A program made the translations under genes and the position numbers. A stretch of DNA of 64,000 bases from Chiloscyllium plagiosum (taxonomy: Eukaryota), in assembly GCF_004010195.1 (NCBI RefSeq), contig NC_057718.1, positions 10,840,460 through 10,904,459 of the forward strand. The letters run 5' to 3'. Within the stretch, counting starts at the first letter, position 1. Every line of letters begins with the position of its first letter. The notes under the pieces were generated by a model that was given only the letters and a program-made list of their open reading frames with translations, had not been told where the DNA came from and did not search any database. Positions 27,096-39,829 of this stretch are shown here, piece by piece.

Positions 27096-27918
27096 TGAAA
27101 ATAATGATGCATTAATTGTATCTAACTCTTAGCACCACTGCTGCAGTGGCAACCACAGAGCAATCTGCAAGCAGTCCTTTTCTCCAAGTATTGTATCTCA
27201 GGTTAGTTCTCATTGTCATCTGATTAATATTCATTAAATAAATATATTTGTAAACAAGGAAATGGATGAATTCTATCCTTCATTGCTGGCACCATGCACT
27301 TTGACTTCTCATTGGTCAAGTGTTTGGCTGAAACCCAGGTTAGGATGAAAGTAATCTTTATACTCCTGATTATCAGGTGCTGTCTGAAAACCGGTTTGGT
27401 CAGTCTAATCTTGCAGCTTCTTTTGGAATGGAGCATAGATATGTAAAATAGCCCATAATACTTGAAGGCGCTGAGTAGTAGTGGATGTGATTATTTCAGC
27501 ATTGATTCTTCCTAGTACTTTAGCAAGAAATCTTTCCTTGTGTGAGCTTTGATAGATTGTATTGGTGGTGTTTTGACCATTGAGAAGGAGAAACGTGAAT
27601 ATGGTAGAATTTAATCCTGCTATCACCCTATGTGTATGCATTCTCTTTTTTGTACACTATATTAAAATAATGATTAGCAATGGGATATTGGTACTTAACT
27701 GTTTGATCATTGACCCACCATGAACGTCAGTATAGCTCCTGCCTCTGAACCAGAAATTCTGGATACAAGTCCTAATCTCGGACGTGTTTTCCATGAAAGA
27801 TGTGTTCAGATCTGTACTCCATTTGGGACACTTATAATTGAGATTATGTACATATTCAGATATAGATAGTTCAGATATTTAGTCCAAATCATTGCTTTTT
27901 TTTTAAACATAAACGCAG

Positions 27919-28131
27919 GATAGTCTTGGTGGAAATAGCAAAACAGCAATGATCGCAACAGTGAGCCCGGCAGCAGACAATTATGATGAAACCCTGTCAA
28001 CACTGAGGTATGCAGACAGAGCCAAAAACATAATTAATCATGCTGTGGTGAACGAGGATCCCAATGCCCGAATCATCCGTGAACTCCGTGAAGAAGTAGA
28101 TAAACTGCGTGAGCAGCTGTCCAGAGCAGAG
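27919..28131 (+). CDS. KIF13B: KIF13B exon ~11 ([11 protein letters not shown]...[10 protein letters not shown]...SRAE)
   Basis: acgcag|GATAGT...GCAGAG|gtatga; 213 nt; end of motor domain and neck. Confidence 0.96.
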
Positions 28132-28334
28132 GTATGATGTGATGGGAGTTTCTGATTTTAAACCAAATGTTATTAAATCCGTTATAAATAGATTAGTAGA
28201 GTGCATGTTTAACCTGAAGGAAGGAATAGACTTAAATAATTCAGTCAATATTAGGCACAATTTTAAATGGCTCATGGCATTAAGTATTACATATATAAAA
28301 TTCTAATGTTATAATGCTAAGAAAAGTTCTTAAA

Positions 28335-28530
28335 ATGAAGAATGCAAATGCTGGAGATCTGAAACAATAATAGAAATTGGTGGAGAAACTCAGCAGGCTG
28401 GCAGCAAATTTTGGAAGAAAGCAGAATTAATGATTCGAGTCTGGTGACTCTTCATCAGAACAGAGTTTAACTCTGCTTTCTTCCAGATGCTGCCAGACCA
28501 GCTGAGTTTCTCCAGCCACCTGTGTTTTTG
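28335..28530. mobile_element. Palindromic Penelope-terminus mini-element
   Basis: ggagaaactcagc..ctggcagca..ggaagaaagcaga versus tctgctttcttcc.gatgctgccag..gctgagtttctcc; hammerhead-like motif on - strand at about 28428-28461. Confidence 0.7.
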
Positions 28531-28899
28531 TTTTTAAAAAAAAATCCTAATCACTCAGTTAATAAATGCACTGATAGCTGTTATGTTGTTATGTTAGATT
28601 GGAAGGTCCAGGTTCAGATTCTAGTTAATATTCAATTGAAAGGCTGTTTCCGTCTACGAATTTCTGAGACAAATACGAAAGTTGGAAAAGAGGAGCATGC
28701 AGAGCCACAGTGACCCCTGCTGGAGAATGCAGATTTGTTCATTTTTAAAAATCACATGACACCAGGTAAAAGTCCAACAGGTTTATTTGAAGGCACTAGC
28801 TTTCAAAGTGCTGCTTCAGGTGGTTGGCACAATTTGGTGTTATGTGTTTGTCCATCCCAATCCAACAGCAGCTCCTCCAAATCTTGTTCATTTTTGATA

Positions 28900-29848
28900 G
28901 ATTCATAGAAGCAAATAGCACACAAAGGAGCCACCTGGTCTAACACGTTTGTGCCCCCTCATCATGCTTCATTCCATGCACTTTGTCCATTCTCCACTAA
29001 TCAACTACCTGGCTAACTCACTTTATTTGTGGAATTCTTCCAAAATAGTTTCATGTGAAGGATTGAACAATTGAGTAAAAGCACTTCTCTTTTTACTGCT
29101 GTCTCTAATCTTTCACCGATGAAGTTGAAGCTATACCTTCTTTATCATTAACAATTCCTCAATGTTTAGTTTTTCCTTTATTCTATCAAAATCTCTCTTC
29201 ACCTTGATAACCTCTATGTTCTAAGGAGAAACATTTCTAATTTTTTTCAACCTTCCCTCATAATTCAAAGTCCTTGTCCCTGGTAAGGCCCTCTCTGCCT
29301 CTTCTCAGGCCAATCCATCTTTCCTGAAGTATGGTGTTCAGAATTGTCCACAGTACTCCCACCTAAAGTGTAGCCAGTGAATTAGAGTCATAGAGATGTA
29401 CAGACCCTTTGGTCCAACTCATCCATACTGACCAGATATCTTAAATTAATCTGGTCCCATTTGCTAGCACCTGGAATCGAATCGAACCTGGGACTGTGAG
29501 GCAACAGTGCTAACCACTGAGCTCGCCCTTTTTTAAAGGGTAGATTAGATGATATTCCCTACAGTGTGGAGACAGGCCCTTTGGTTCAACCAGTCCACAG
29601 CAACCCTCCGAAGAGTAACTCACCCAGATCCATTCCCCTCTGACTAATGGACCTAACACTATGCCCCTATCCCCCTCAACTCTGTCCATTCATGTACCCA
29701 TCCAGATACATTTTAAATGTTGTAATTGTACCAGCATCTATCATTTCCTCTGGCAGCTCATTGCATACATGCACTACCTTCTGATAAAGATTCCACTTAG
29801 GTCCCTTTTAATACCTTTTTCTTCTCAGCATAAACTTATTCCACCTCT
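28900..29848 (-). mobile_element. Nested CR1 3' fragments with V-SINE pieces (about 29470-29660)
   Basis: CR1 tail at 29385; reverse-complement SINE head and tail; CR1 resumes near 29660. Confidence 0.7.
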
Positions 29849-31455
29849 CTAGGTAGTTGTGGGAGTCGGTCGGTTTATAGTAAATGTCCGTGTTGAGTCG
29901 GTCGCCCGAGATAGAAATGGAGAGGTCTAGGAAGGGGAGGGAGGTGTTAGTAAAGTGGATGAACTGTTCAACCTCCTCGTGGGAGCACGAGGTAGCGCCG
30001 ATACAGTCATCGATGTAGCGGAGGAAAAGGTGGGGGGTGGTGCCAGTGTAGCTGCGGAAGATGGACTGTTCCACATATCCGACGAAGAGGCAAGCATAGC
30101 TGGGGCCCGTGCGGGTGCCCATGGCTACTCCTTTGGTTTGGAGGAAGTGGGAGGATTGGAAAGAGAAGTTGTTCAGAGTGAGGACCCGTTCAGTCAGTCA
30201 AGGAGGGTGTCAGTGGAAGGGTACTGGTTGGGTTGGTGGGAAAGGAAGAAACGGAGGGCTTTGAGGCCTTCGTGATGGGGGATGGAGGTGTATAGGGACT
30301 GGATGTCCATGGTAAAGACAAGGCGTTGGGGGCTGGGGAAGCGAAAATCATGGAGGAGGTGGAGGGCGTGGGTGGTGTCCCGAACGTAGGTGGGGAGTTC
30401 TTGGACTAAGGGAGACAGGACCGTGTTGAGGTATACAGAGATGAGTTTGGTGGGGCAGGAGCAGGCTGAGATAATGGGTCGGCTGGGCAGGAGGTAGAAA
30501 TGGGCGGTGCAGGGTTGTGGGACTATGAGGTTGGAGGCGGTGGATGGGCGATCCCCTGAGGGGATGAGGTTATGGATGGTCTGGGAGATGATGGTTTGGT
30601 GGTGGGAGGTGGGGTCCCACCTAGACTACACCTTCTCCCACCCTGCCCCCTGTAAAAACGCCACCCCATGTTCCCAATTCCTTCACCTCTGCCACATCTG
30701 CTCCCAGGAGGACCAATTCCAATACCGAACAACCCAGATGGCCGCCTTCAAAGACCGCAATTTCTCCTCAGACGTGATTGACGGTGCACTCCACCGCATC
30801 TCCTCCACTTCCTGCTCCTCTGCCCTTGAACCCCGCCCCTCCAATCGCCACCAGGACAGAACCCCACTGGTCCTCACCTACCACCCCACCAACCTCCAGA
30901 TACATCGTATCATCCTTCGTCATTTCCGCTACCTCCAAACAGACCCCACCACCAAGAATATTTTTCCCTCCCATCCCCTATCAACGTTCCGGAAAGACCA
31001 CTCGCTCCGTGACTCCCTCGTCAGGNNNNNNNNNNNNNNNNNNNNNNNNNNNNNNNNNNNNNNNNNNNNNNNNNNNNNNNNNNNNNNNNNNNNNNNNNNN
31101 NNNNNNNNNNNNNNNNNNNNNNNNNNNNNNNNNNNNNNNNNNNNNNNNNNNNNNNNNNNNNNNNNNNNNNNNNNNNNNNNNNNNNNNNNNNNNNNNNNNN
31201 NNNNNNNNNNNNNNNNNNNNNNNNNNNNNNNNNNNNNNNNNNNNNNNNNNNNNGCCTATCACCCTCACCTTAACCTCCTTCCACCTATCGCATTCCCAAC
31301 GCCCCTCCCCCAAGTCCCTCCTCCCTACCTTTTATCTTAGCCTGCTTGGCACACCTTCCTCATTTCTGAAGAAGGGCTTATGCCCAAAACGTCGATTCTC
31401 CTGCTCCTTGAATGCTGCCTGACTTGCTGCGCTTTTCCAGCAACACATTTTTCAG
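29849..31455 (+). mobile_element. Penelope-like element with 5' inversion (29849-30616 minus; 30617-31455 plus)
   Basis: Minus: MGTRTGPSYACLFVGYVEQ...FLRYIDD...YKPTDSHNYL. Plus: LDYTFSHPAPCKNA..., then the terminus with a hammerhead motif at 31366-31393. Confidence 0.88.
31026..31253. other. Assembly gap (228 N)
   Basis: Run of N inside the PLE. Confidence 1.
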
Positions 31456-31765
31456 TATCGCTAATCATCCTTGACTTTTCAAATACATGTACGTCCTGTC
31501 CCTCAGGATTCCCTCCAACAACTTGCCCCCCACCGTGTCAGGCTCACCGGTCTATTGTTCCCTGGCTTTTCCTTACCACCTTTCTTAAATAGTGATACCA
31601 CGTTAGCCAACCTCCAATCTTCCAAATCTACCTATGACTATAGACGAACCATGCATCTCAGCAAGGGAACCAGCAAAACCTTCCCGAGCTTCCCACAGAG
31701 TTCTAGGGTACACCTAATCAGCTCCTGGAGATTTATCCACCTTTGTGCTTTTCAAGACATCTAGC
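31456..31765 (-). mobile_element. CR1 RT fragment
   Basis: Colinear with 1115-1410. Confidence 0.85.
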
Positions 31766-32679
31766 ACCAATTATATGCTCAGGATTGGCTATAGTAGTAA
31801 TGGTGAAACTATCACCTTTTGTCATCTTTGTTCCACTGAAACTGATAACTTAGTGCCCATGTATGTGCAAAACATCAAAGAAAATGCAAAAAAATTACTG
31901 TCAGGGAATTTATGTCCCTTTATAGAATGAACTGTAAAGGTCATACAGACTGCTCTTCGCCTTTGCAGTCACGAATTGTTGAGAATTTCCATCTTAATGT
32001 GTTTAAAAGTCCTGGAAAAAGTTGCTTCTTGAATATAGTGTAATGGGATTCTTACGGATGTGTTACCTTCATACTTATTGCACATTATGACACTTCACCT
32101 GCTGAAGGAGCAGCCCTCTGAGATCTTGTGATTTTAGATAAACCAGTTGAACTATAACCCGGTGTGACTTCTGACTTTGCCCACCCCAGACCAAGACTAG
32201 CATCTCCATATCTTCCCTGTCTGGTAATATTATTCCTGCTTCGTACCACAACTTGCCTGTTATTTGGAGTCAAATTTGAACACCCGTCAGGAAAGGGGAA
32301 ATTTCTGCTGTAGAGATTGCTGGATTTTTGTGGGCGGCTTTCTTTAAGGACAGCAGAGTGTCCTTGCTTTCCACCAACCTTGGAATCCAAGGCATAAAGC
32401 ACCAGTTCAGGATTTAGGCTCTGCTGTAACCTTCATAGTTAAAAGATTTGCTGAGTGATAACTCAAACAATGCAAAGCTCCCTTTTCTTTATCAATGTAT
32501 GCTAAAGGCAGTCTGTTTCATAGGATGCAAAGAATAGACTGCTTGAAGAGATTATAAAAGCATTAATCTAATTGAAGGATTCAGATGTGCATTTAAAGGC
32601 TTGCAAACATTTGCTTTCATCGTTTAATTTCAGGACTCTTTACACAGTAAATACCTGTTCTATTTAAGAATATAAAATC

Positions 32680-33003
32680 ATAGAACCTTTACATGCGGAA
32701 GGAGGTCATTCAGCCCATCACATCCACACTGACCCTCAGAGCATCCCACCCAGACCCAGCCCCCTACCATATCTTGTAACACTACATTTACCATGGCTAA
32801 TCCACCGAACCTACATAATTTCAGTATGGCCAATCCACATAATCTGCACTATTTTGCTCTGGAGGAAACCCTGGCACCCAGAGAAAACCCATGCAGACAT
32901 GGGAAGAATGTGCAAGCTCCATACAGACAACCCAAGGCTGGAATTGAACCCCAGTCCCTGTTGCTGTGAGGCAGCAATGCTAACCACAGAGCCATCGTGC
33001 CGC
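32680..33003 (-). mobile_element. V-SINE (HE1-like), diverged
   Basis: Reverse complement of the tRNA head (gctgtgaggcagcaatgctaacca) and V-domain. Confidence 0.8.
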
Positions 33004-33135
33004 AGATTATCACAGCCACCATGTGGACTGTAACAAGATTATTTTTGTGATTATTGTGGTGTACCTTGTTCTTGTGATCCTGTTAATATTCATTGAATTA
33101 AATTAATACAAATGCACAAATTCTGTTGACTGGAT

Positions 33136-33698
33136 ACCTGGTCAGGTCCACGCCCCCTACAACCCACCCTCCCATCCTGGCACCTTCCCCTGCCACTGCA
33201 GGAACTGCAAAACCTGCGCCCACACCTCCTCCCTCACCTCCATCCAAGGCCCTAAAGGAGCCTTCCACATCCATCAAAGTTTTACATCCACTAATATCAT
33301 TTATTGTATCCGTTGCTCCCGATGCGGTCTCCTCTACATTGGGGAGACTGGGCGCCTCCTAGCAGAGCGCTTTAGGGAACATCTCCGAGACACCCGCACC
33401 AATCAACCAAACCGCCCCGTGCCCCAACATTTGTCCTACCTGCCTATCTTCTTTTCCACCTATCACCTTCATCCCCTCCCCCACTCACCTATTGTACTCT
33501 ATGCTACTTTCTCCCCACCCCCATCCTCCTCTCACTTATCTCTCCATGCTTCAGGCTCTCTGCCTTTATTCCTGATTAAGGACTTTTGCCCGAAATGTCG
33601 ATTTTACTGCTCCTCGGATGCTGCCTGAACTGTTGTGCTCTTCCAGCACCACTAATCCAGAATCTGGTTTCCAGCATCTGCAGTCATTGTTTTTACCT
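33136..33698 (+). mobile_element. Penelope-like 3' fragment with internal deletion and terminus
   Basis: CRNCKTCAH, LYIGETGRLLAERFREHL (GIY-YIG); terminus nearly identical to the reverse complement of 63251-63376. Confidence 0.88.
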
Positions 33699-34521
33699 AT
33701 CTGGTTTGTATTGCAGAGTGATGCTAACAGTGTGGGATCAATTTCTGTACCACTTTCTCAACCTTGCTCCTCAGCTAAGGCATTGTGACCCTCATATTAA
33801 ATTGATGACCCAGTTATCTTGCTGTACCAAATGAGCAGCCTTATGGTCCTGAGACCATGCCAACTTTACCTTGCAAACTTGATTGTTGTTATTTCCATTG
33901 AACATTCAGTTAATCTGCTTTACTGCTTGGGAAGCACATATTGTGTGCCTATTTTCAAACTCTGTTTAAAACAAAATCAATATACGCACGTTCATTCATG
34001 TTCACATGAGCCTCCACACCATTGCATCCCAAATGCCAGGTTGTTTTTTTACCTGTCAGGCGAGTGAAAATTGGATACTGGTTTAAAGCCTGGGGTTGGG
34101 CACACTAATATTATTTTGGTTGTTCTGGGGCTGAGATATTTGAAATGAAATGTTCACTGGAATATAGGTTTGAAAGTTGTATGGCCTAGCGAAGCTGTTG
34201 GTCATTAATTGTAAAAGACTGAGTTCCTTTATGGAACTGATAGAATGGTTGCAACAGAGGAAGCTGTTGGCCATTGTGCCAGAACCAGGTCTCTTTAAGA
34301 GTAACGTCTCTGGTCCCACTTGCTGCCCTTTACCTGTAGCCATGTAAATGTTTTTCTTTTAGATGCTTATACAATTCCTTTCTGAAAGTCTCTGACCACT
34401 TTTCTGCATTAAAAAAAAAGTTCTTTCCCATGTTCCCAAGTTTATCTTAGTTTTGGTTTTTAATGCTGAATTTAGAATTGTTCATTTTGGTTTAATTGCA
34501 TGTTTACATTTTCATTCCAAG

Positions 34522-34632
34522 GCAATGAAAGCCCCAGAGCTGAAGGATCGTTTGGAAGAATCTGAAAAGCTAATTCAGGAAATGACTGTTACGTGGGAAG
34601 AAAAGCTTAGGAAGACTGAAGCCATCGCACAG
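34522..34632 (+). CDS. KIF13B: KIF13B exon ~12 (AMKAPELKDRLEESEK...AIAQ)
   Basis: tccaag|GCAATG...GCACAG|gtatgt; 111 nt. Confidence 0.95.
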
Positions 34633-34769
34633 GTATGTTCTGCAATATAACCTTGAGAAGTCAGAAGGTGAATCTTGCTGAGGCTGGTTAGTGTGCTGCA
34701 TTTTTAACTCATCTACCTCAATGAGTGACCCAAGTTTGAATCTTTACTTGACCGATGAGATCATACACT

Positions 34770-35340
34770 TTTGCAATGAACTGTACAGGTTCCGCCAACT
34801 GCAGTCTTCCTTTTGTGCTAGGTATGACTCCAACCATTGGGGAGTTTCCTGCCCAATTCCCATTGACTTCAGTTTTGATTGTGCTTCTTGATGCCACTCA
34901 GTCAACTCCAAGGCTGTAATGAAATCAGGGTTGAGTGATCCTCATGGAACCAAAACTAAATGTCCATGAGCAAGTTATTGCCATGTAGGTGCTGTTTGAT
35001 AACACTGTTGATGACCCCTACCATTTCTCTACTGATGACCAAGAGTAAATTCAAAAGTGATTGGTTCGGATTTATCTTGTCTTTTATGCCTGGGCAACTT
35101 TTGACCTTGTCAGGTAGATGCCAGTGTTGTAGCTGTACTGTCACAGCTTGGCTAGGGGCGCGGCAAGTTCTGAAGCACATGTTCAGTACTATTGCCGTTT
35201 CTTGAGATTACGGAGTGAATCAAATTGATTGAAAATTGGCACCTGTGATGCTGTGGACCTCTGGAGGAGGCAGAGATGGATTGTCCACTTTGTATTTCTG
35301 GTTATAAGTTGTTGAATGAATTTCCACGGACGCTGCTGTG
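34770..35340 (-). mobile_element. Old LINE RT fragments (same family as 54190-56500)
   Basis: Shares gtatgactcca, ccaaggctgtaatg, tagatg.cagt.ttgta.ctgtact with about 55120-55500. Confidence 0.65.
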
Positions 35341-36346
35341 TCCAGATTCTTTTTGCTCCCTGCTCACTAATCCACTCTGTGTCATTTCAACAACCCTCTT
35401 GGTTTTTGGATATCTGAGTCAATGTTCAAGAGTAGATGCATGCTTCTCCATCTCTCTCTAGTGGTGAACAGCTAGTAAATTAAAATTCACATGTTGCCTC
35501 AGTTAACAAAAAGCCCTTATTGGTCCTTCATATATCCATAGTACAAGAGTTGAAAGTCAGTTATCACATTTATTCAATACTGTTGATCTAAATATTTTAA
35601 TTATTTTAATTTTGCAATTTTTAAAAAACTCCTGTTAAGTATCCCTTTTGCATTTTCTCATCTGTTTAATGTTGTTTTGATTATTTGTTTAGTTCTCTAT
35701 ATCAACCATTTTATCTATGTGCCCTATTTCCATACTTTTTTACAGTCACATCCTGCAGGGTTCTTACTTGTTATTATTAATATTGGCTTGTCATGCTTGT
35801 TTTCATTCTTATTCCAAAGTCTATTTGATCATCTTGTGGATCTGTTTATCATTTTTCATGTGTCATGCACTGTTACACTAAGCACTCTGTAATTGCAGTC
35901 TTATCAATAATCTTGATCCTAACTTCCAAGTCTGCCGTTGATTATAAAGCAGTGGGTAATCGAAGCAAGAAGTTCAGATAACTTAAAATGCTAATTTGTT
36001 TTTGATGATATCAGAATTTCCTGATTTAATTACTGATTTGTAATTGTGCTCAATTATCTGTTACTGTTTCAAGTAAGGAATCAACAAACCTTGAAAAGTT
36101 GAAGGTTCACTACGTACAATAGAAATGTAACTAAATTGGTTGATGTTTAAACAAGCCTTGATGCTTTCAGCAGATAAGGGATGCATTTACTGCTCTGTAA
36201 TGATGGCTGACGTTTCTACCTTTGTCAGTTTCCCTGCTTCTCTGTCTTAGCTGTTCATTATTGAAATCCTACTGTATTGAATGTATCCTAGTATCTTCCA
36301 CAGAAAGTTTTTAAATAGATTTTTATGATTTGCGGACTGTTTACAG

Positions 36347-36481
36347 GAGCGTCAGAAACAATTGGAAAGACTTGGTATTTCTCTCCAGTCCTCGGGTATC
36401 AAAGTTGGTGATGACAAGTGTTTCTTGGTGAATCTGAATGCAGATCCAGCCTTAAATGAGTTGCTTGTTTACTACTTAAAG
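36347..36481 (+). CDS. KIF13B: KIF13B exon ~13 (ERQKQLE...LVNLNADPALNELLVYYLK)
   Basis: ttacag|GAGCGT...TTAAAG|gtatgg; 135 nt. Confidence 0.96.
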
Positions 36482-36881
36482 GTATGGTAACTTGTGGATA
36501 ATGCTTTGGCTATGATTTATGCAGAGCGCTCACTATTGCCACATTTTGCCTTTGCACAGCTGAGAAAAAAACTAATAAATTGTTTTGACTTGCGTATGAA
36601 AGGGCAGCTTGTGGTTTTTTTCCAACCTTTTGCTTATTCTATTGAGTTAAAGGTCACTAGAAGCCCTTTCATACATTGCTAAATGCCAGACCTTAATTGG
36701 ACATGGTCAGGTTAGGCGACTGAGGGCCTTAGACTTGAATTTGGTCCTAATCCCATCCATGCATATATATATATGTTAGTTCCAAGCTGCAACTGAATTA
36801 ATGTTGTATGGAGTTTGTGCACAGATCAGCCATAACTTTATTGAATGACTGACCAAGCTCAAGGGCCAGCATGAACTCCTA

Positions 36882-37215
36882 GGGCGGCACAGTGGCTCAG
36901 TGGTTAGCACTGCTGCCTCACAGCGCCAAGGACCCGGGTTCGATTCCCTCCTCGGGTGACTATCTGTCTGGGGTTTGCACATTCTCCCCGTATTTGCATG
37001 GGTTTCTTCCAGGTGCTCTGGTTTCCTCCCACAATCCAAACGATGTGCAGGTCAGGTCAATTGGCCATGCTAAATTGCTTGTAGAGTTAGGTGCGTTAGT
37101 CAGGAGTAAATATAAGGTAGGGGAATGGGTCTGGGTGGGTTACTCTTTGGAGGGTCAGTGTGGACTTGTTGGGCCGAAGGGCCTGTTTCCATATTTTAGG
37201 GAATCTAGTCTAGTC
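36882..37215 (+). mobile_element. V-SINE (HE1-like), full length
   Basis: gggcggcacagtggctcagtgg (A box), ggttcgattcc (B box), V-domain, tail. Confidence 0.88.
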
Positions 37216-38020
37216 CTATTTGTAAATGAGCTGCAAGCATGATGGATTTCCCTGCCCCCATTAAAAATAATAGTTTCCAGTATTGGCTGAGAATTTAACA
37301 TGGATTTTATTTAGTGTTTTACCTACTGAGAAGTAGAGTTCATAAATATTATCAAATTGCAATGATTTGTAAGTTACACAAATCGAGCTTAACAAATCTT
37401 TTGGAGCAGTGCTTCCTCATTGCTGAACTAGAGGACAAGCAGGAAAGTTACTTTGAAATGTGAGCAGAAGGCAAGGGGAAAAGCAAATCCCAAAGATTGG
37501 TACCTTTTCCTTACTGGCTTCTTGTTTTTGTGTTTCCCTCATTACGTCAAGGAATTTGTGTGTAGTGATTTGTTTTTCCAAGAAATATTGTATTGTTGTC
37601 TCAGCAGCCAATCACTGGATATGAGTGGCCATATAAAAGAACTAGAAAATAGCATGTGTTAGTTCAAGTTTGCACGAATATAATTATACTCTTTCGGGTG
37701 ATCCTTATTTATAGAACTTGACTGCACAGAAGGAGGTCATTTGACTTGTCTTGCTTATTTGAAACATCTAATAATTAGTGCCACACACCTTGTTTTTCTT
37801 CATAGCCCTACAAGTTTCTTGCCTTCAGTTATTTGTTCAGCTGAAAGTTAATACTGAATCTACTTTCACTGCCCATTCAGCAGTATGTTCATAATACACT
37901 GAAGTACTGACAACTTGTCGGTGTTGTTGGTATCTAAATCAGGTCTTCTGGTTGTTGGGAAAACTCATCTGTGTTGTGGAACGGAGGGATTTGATTTTTG
38001 TATTTATTTTCATCTGGCAG

Positions 38021-38151
38021 AACCACACTCTAGTTGGGTCTGATGATTCCCAGGATATCCAACTGTGTGGCATGGGAATACTTCCGGAACACTGTATCAT
38101 TGATATCTCTCCTGAAAGACGAGTCATTCTCTCACCAAAGCAAAACTCCAG
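38021..38151 (+). CDS. KIF13B: KIF13B exon ~14 (NHTLVGSDDSQDIQLCGMGILPEHC..., FHA)
   Basis: tggcag|AACCAC...TCCAG|gtgaga; 131 nt. Confidence 0.95.
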
Positions 38152-38751
38152 GTGAGATTCTTTTATTCAAATTTGGCTGGTTGATTTAAAAATATGACTA
38201 ACATTAATCCTAATCTGATCAGGTGGACAGGATTCTTGCACCTAGACTCTGGAAGTTATGGTTTTTAAGCCAAAAGATAAACACTGAGTCATTATGACAA
38301 ATGATTGTAAAGCTTATCCATTTGTTTATGGAAACATCCGGTTCCTTCCAGATATCCCAATTTGTTTCTCTGGCTTCTTTACATGTTAATAACTGTAGCA
38401 TTGGCAACAATGTTATCCGTTGTTTGTCCATTGAATTTTGGTATTCCCTTTCTAAACATATGAGCAGGAGTAGGCTATTTGGCCTTGTGACCCTATTCCA
38501 CCATTGGGTATTATGGCTAATCATCCAGCTCAGTATCCTCTTCCCACTTTCTCCCCGGACCTCTTATCCATTTAGCTTTAAGGAAATTAACTCCTCCTTG
38601 GAAACATTTAATGTTTTGCCCTTAACTGCTTTTTGTGGGTGCATAGAGATCTTTTGGTCTTGTAAAGGCACAAGTTGTTGAAATTAATTGTGTGTTGTCA
38701 ACTTCACCAGAATTTTCACAACTTCTGGTTGTAATCTTTCTTCCTTGCTAG

Positions 38752-38838
38752 AACATTTGTGAATGGCTCCCTGTTGACCACCCCTGTGCAGCTTCACCAC
38801 GGTGATCGAATCCTTTGGGGAAACAACCATTTCTTCAG
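38752..38838 (+). CDS. KIF13B: KIF13B exon ~15 (TFVNG...LHHGDRILWGNNHFF, FHA)
   Basis: tgctag|AACATT...TTCAG|gtaaat; 87 nt. Confidence 0.95.
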
Positions 38839-39301
38839 GTAAATTTGTGTGATCATGTAAAATTAAAGTTTGCTAGTTCTTCTCTAATCTGTTATCATAT
38901 GGCACTTTAAATTAAAAACTAGGTCAAAATACTTTTGTTGTGTAGTTAGTGAATTGAGATTCAGAAGATTTTTCTTATTTAACGGCAATAAAGTATAGTG
39001 AATTTTTGAGGCCTGGTTCGTTGTATTAATTATTGCACTGTTGTTGCAAAAGATGCTGGGTAAATGTTGCATATTCCAAATCCTGTGAAACCTGTTCAGC
39101 TGCATTCTCCAGGATTCAAACAGGGGCGGAACCAGGGTTTACCCAGAGACGGTTTAAGGAGGAGGAAACTTGATTGTATTTATTGGAGCTATGACTGTAA
39201 GGCCGTAAGAAAGGAAGCAGCTGCCAATTTGGCATATTTGAAATATAAATTTTCAAAGTCCACTGAATATGAAATAACATCTTTGTTTTGACCCTGAACA
39301 G

Positions 39302-39492
39302 AATTAATTTGCCAAAAGCCAAGCAGAAAAGAACACAGGAAGAGGACGGGCAGGAGAGTCCAATGAAGCTAAGTTACAGCAGTGAGCAACTGGATGGAGA
39401 TGGGGACAGTGTTAGTGAGGGCTCCAGTGAAAGCAATTACAGCTATGAGTTTGCACAGATGGAGGTCACTATGAAGGCGCTTGGAAACAACG
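39302..39492 (+). CDS. KIF13B: KIF13B exon ~16 (INLPKAKQK...YEFAQMEVTMKALGNN)
   Basis: gaacag|AATTAA...AACG|gtaagt; 191 nt. Confidence 0.95.
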
Positions 39493-39829
39493 GTAAGTAA
39501 CAAACACTTACTACCCTCATCTTAAAGAATCAGTCTTGTTTAGATAGCTGTATGTTAAGGAAAGAAAGGCTTGTATTCAGCTTTCATCACCACAAAATGT
39601 GCTTTGTCCCATCTGGATATGCATTAAAGTTGTGGTTGAAATAATCACAACCAACAAAAATAAAAATATAGGATCAGGTAGAAGGCTGCTCTTGCGTGGA
39701 TTTTATCCATCTAGGTGCAGCTTGGGCTGAGGAAGTGGAAGACATAAGAGTACTTAGTGAGTTTTACAGTACAGAAAGTGTCTGCGCAGATTATCAACAC
39801 CCATCCACTCTATTTTTAAAAAAATGGAC

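Noticed and set aside
31366..31393. Active hammerhead on the + strand (also 33572-33600)
   Set aside because: The conserved core is mutated (GAAA to AAAA; CUGAUGA to CUGAUUA), so it is likely inactive.
36882..36960. tRNA-like sequences (also 13695-13760 and 53920-54012)
   Set aside because: These are SINE heads continuing into SINE bodies, with no complete cloverleaf.
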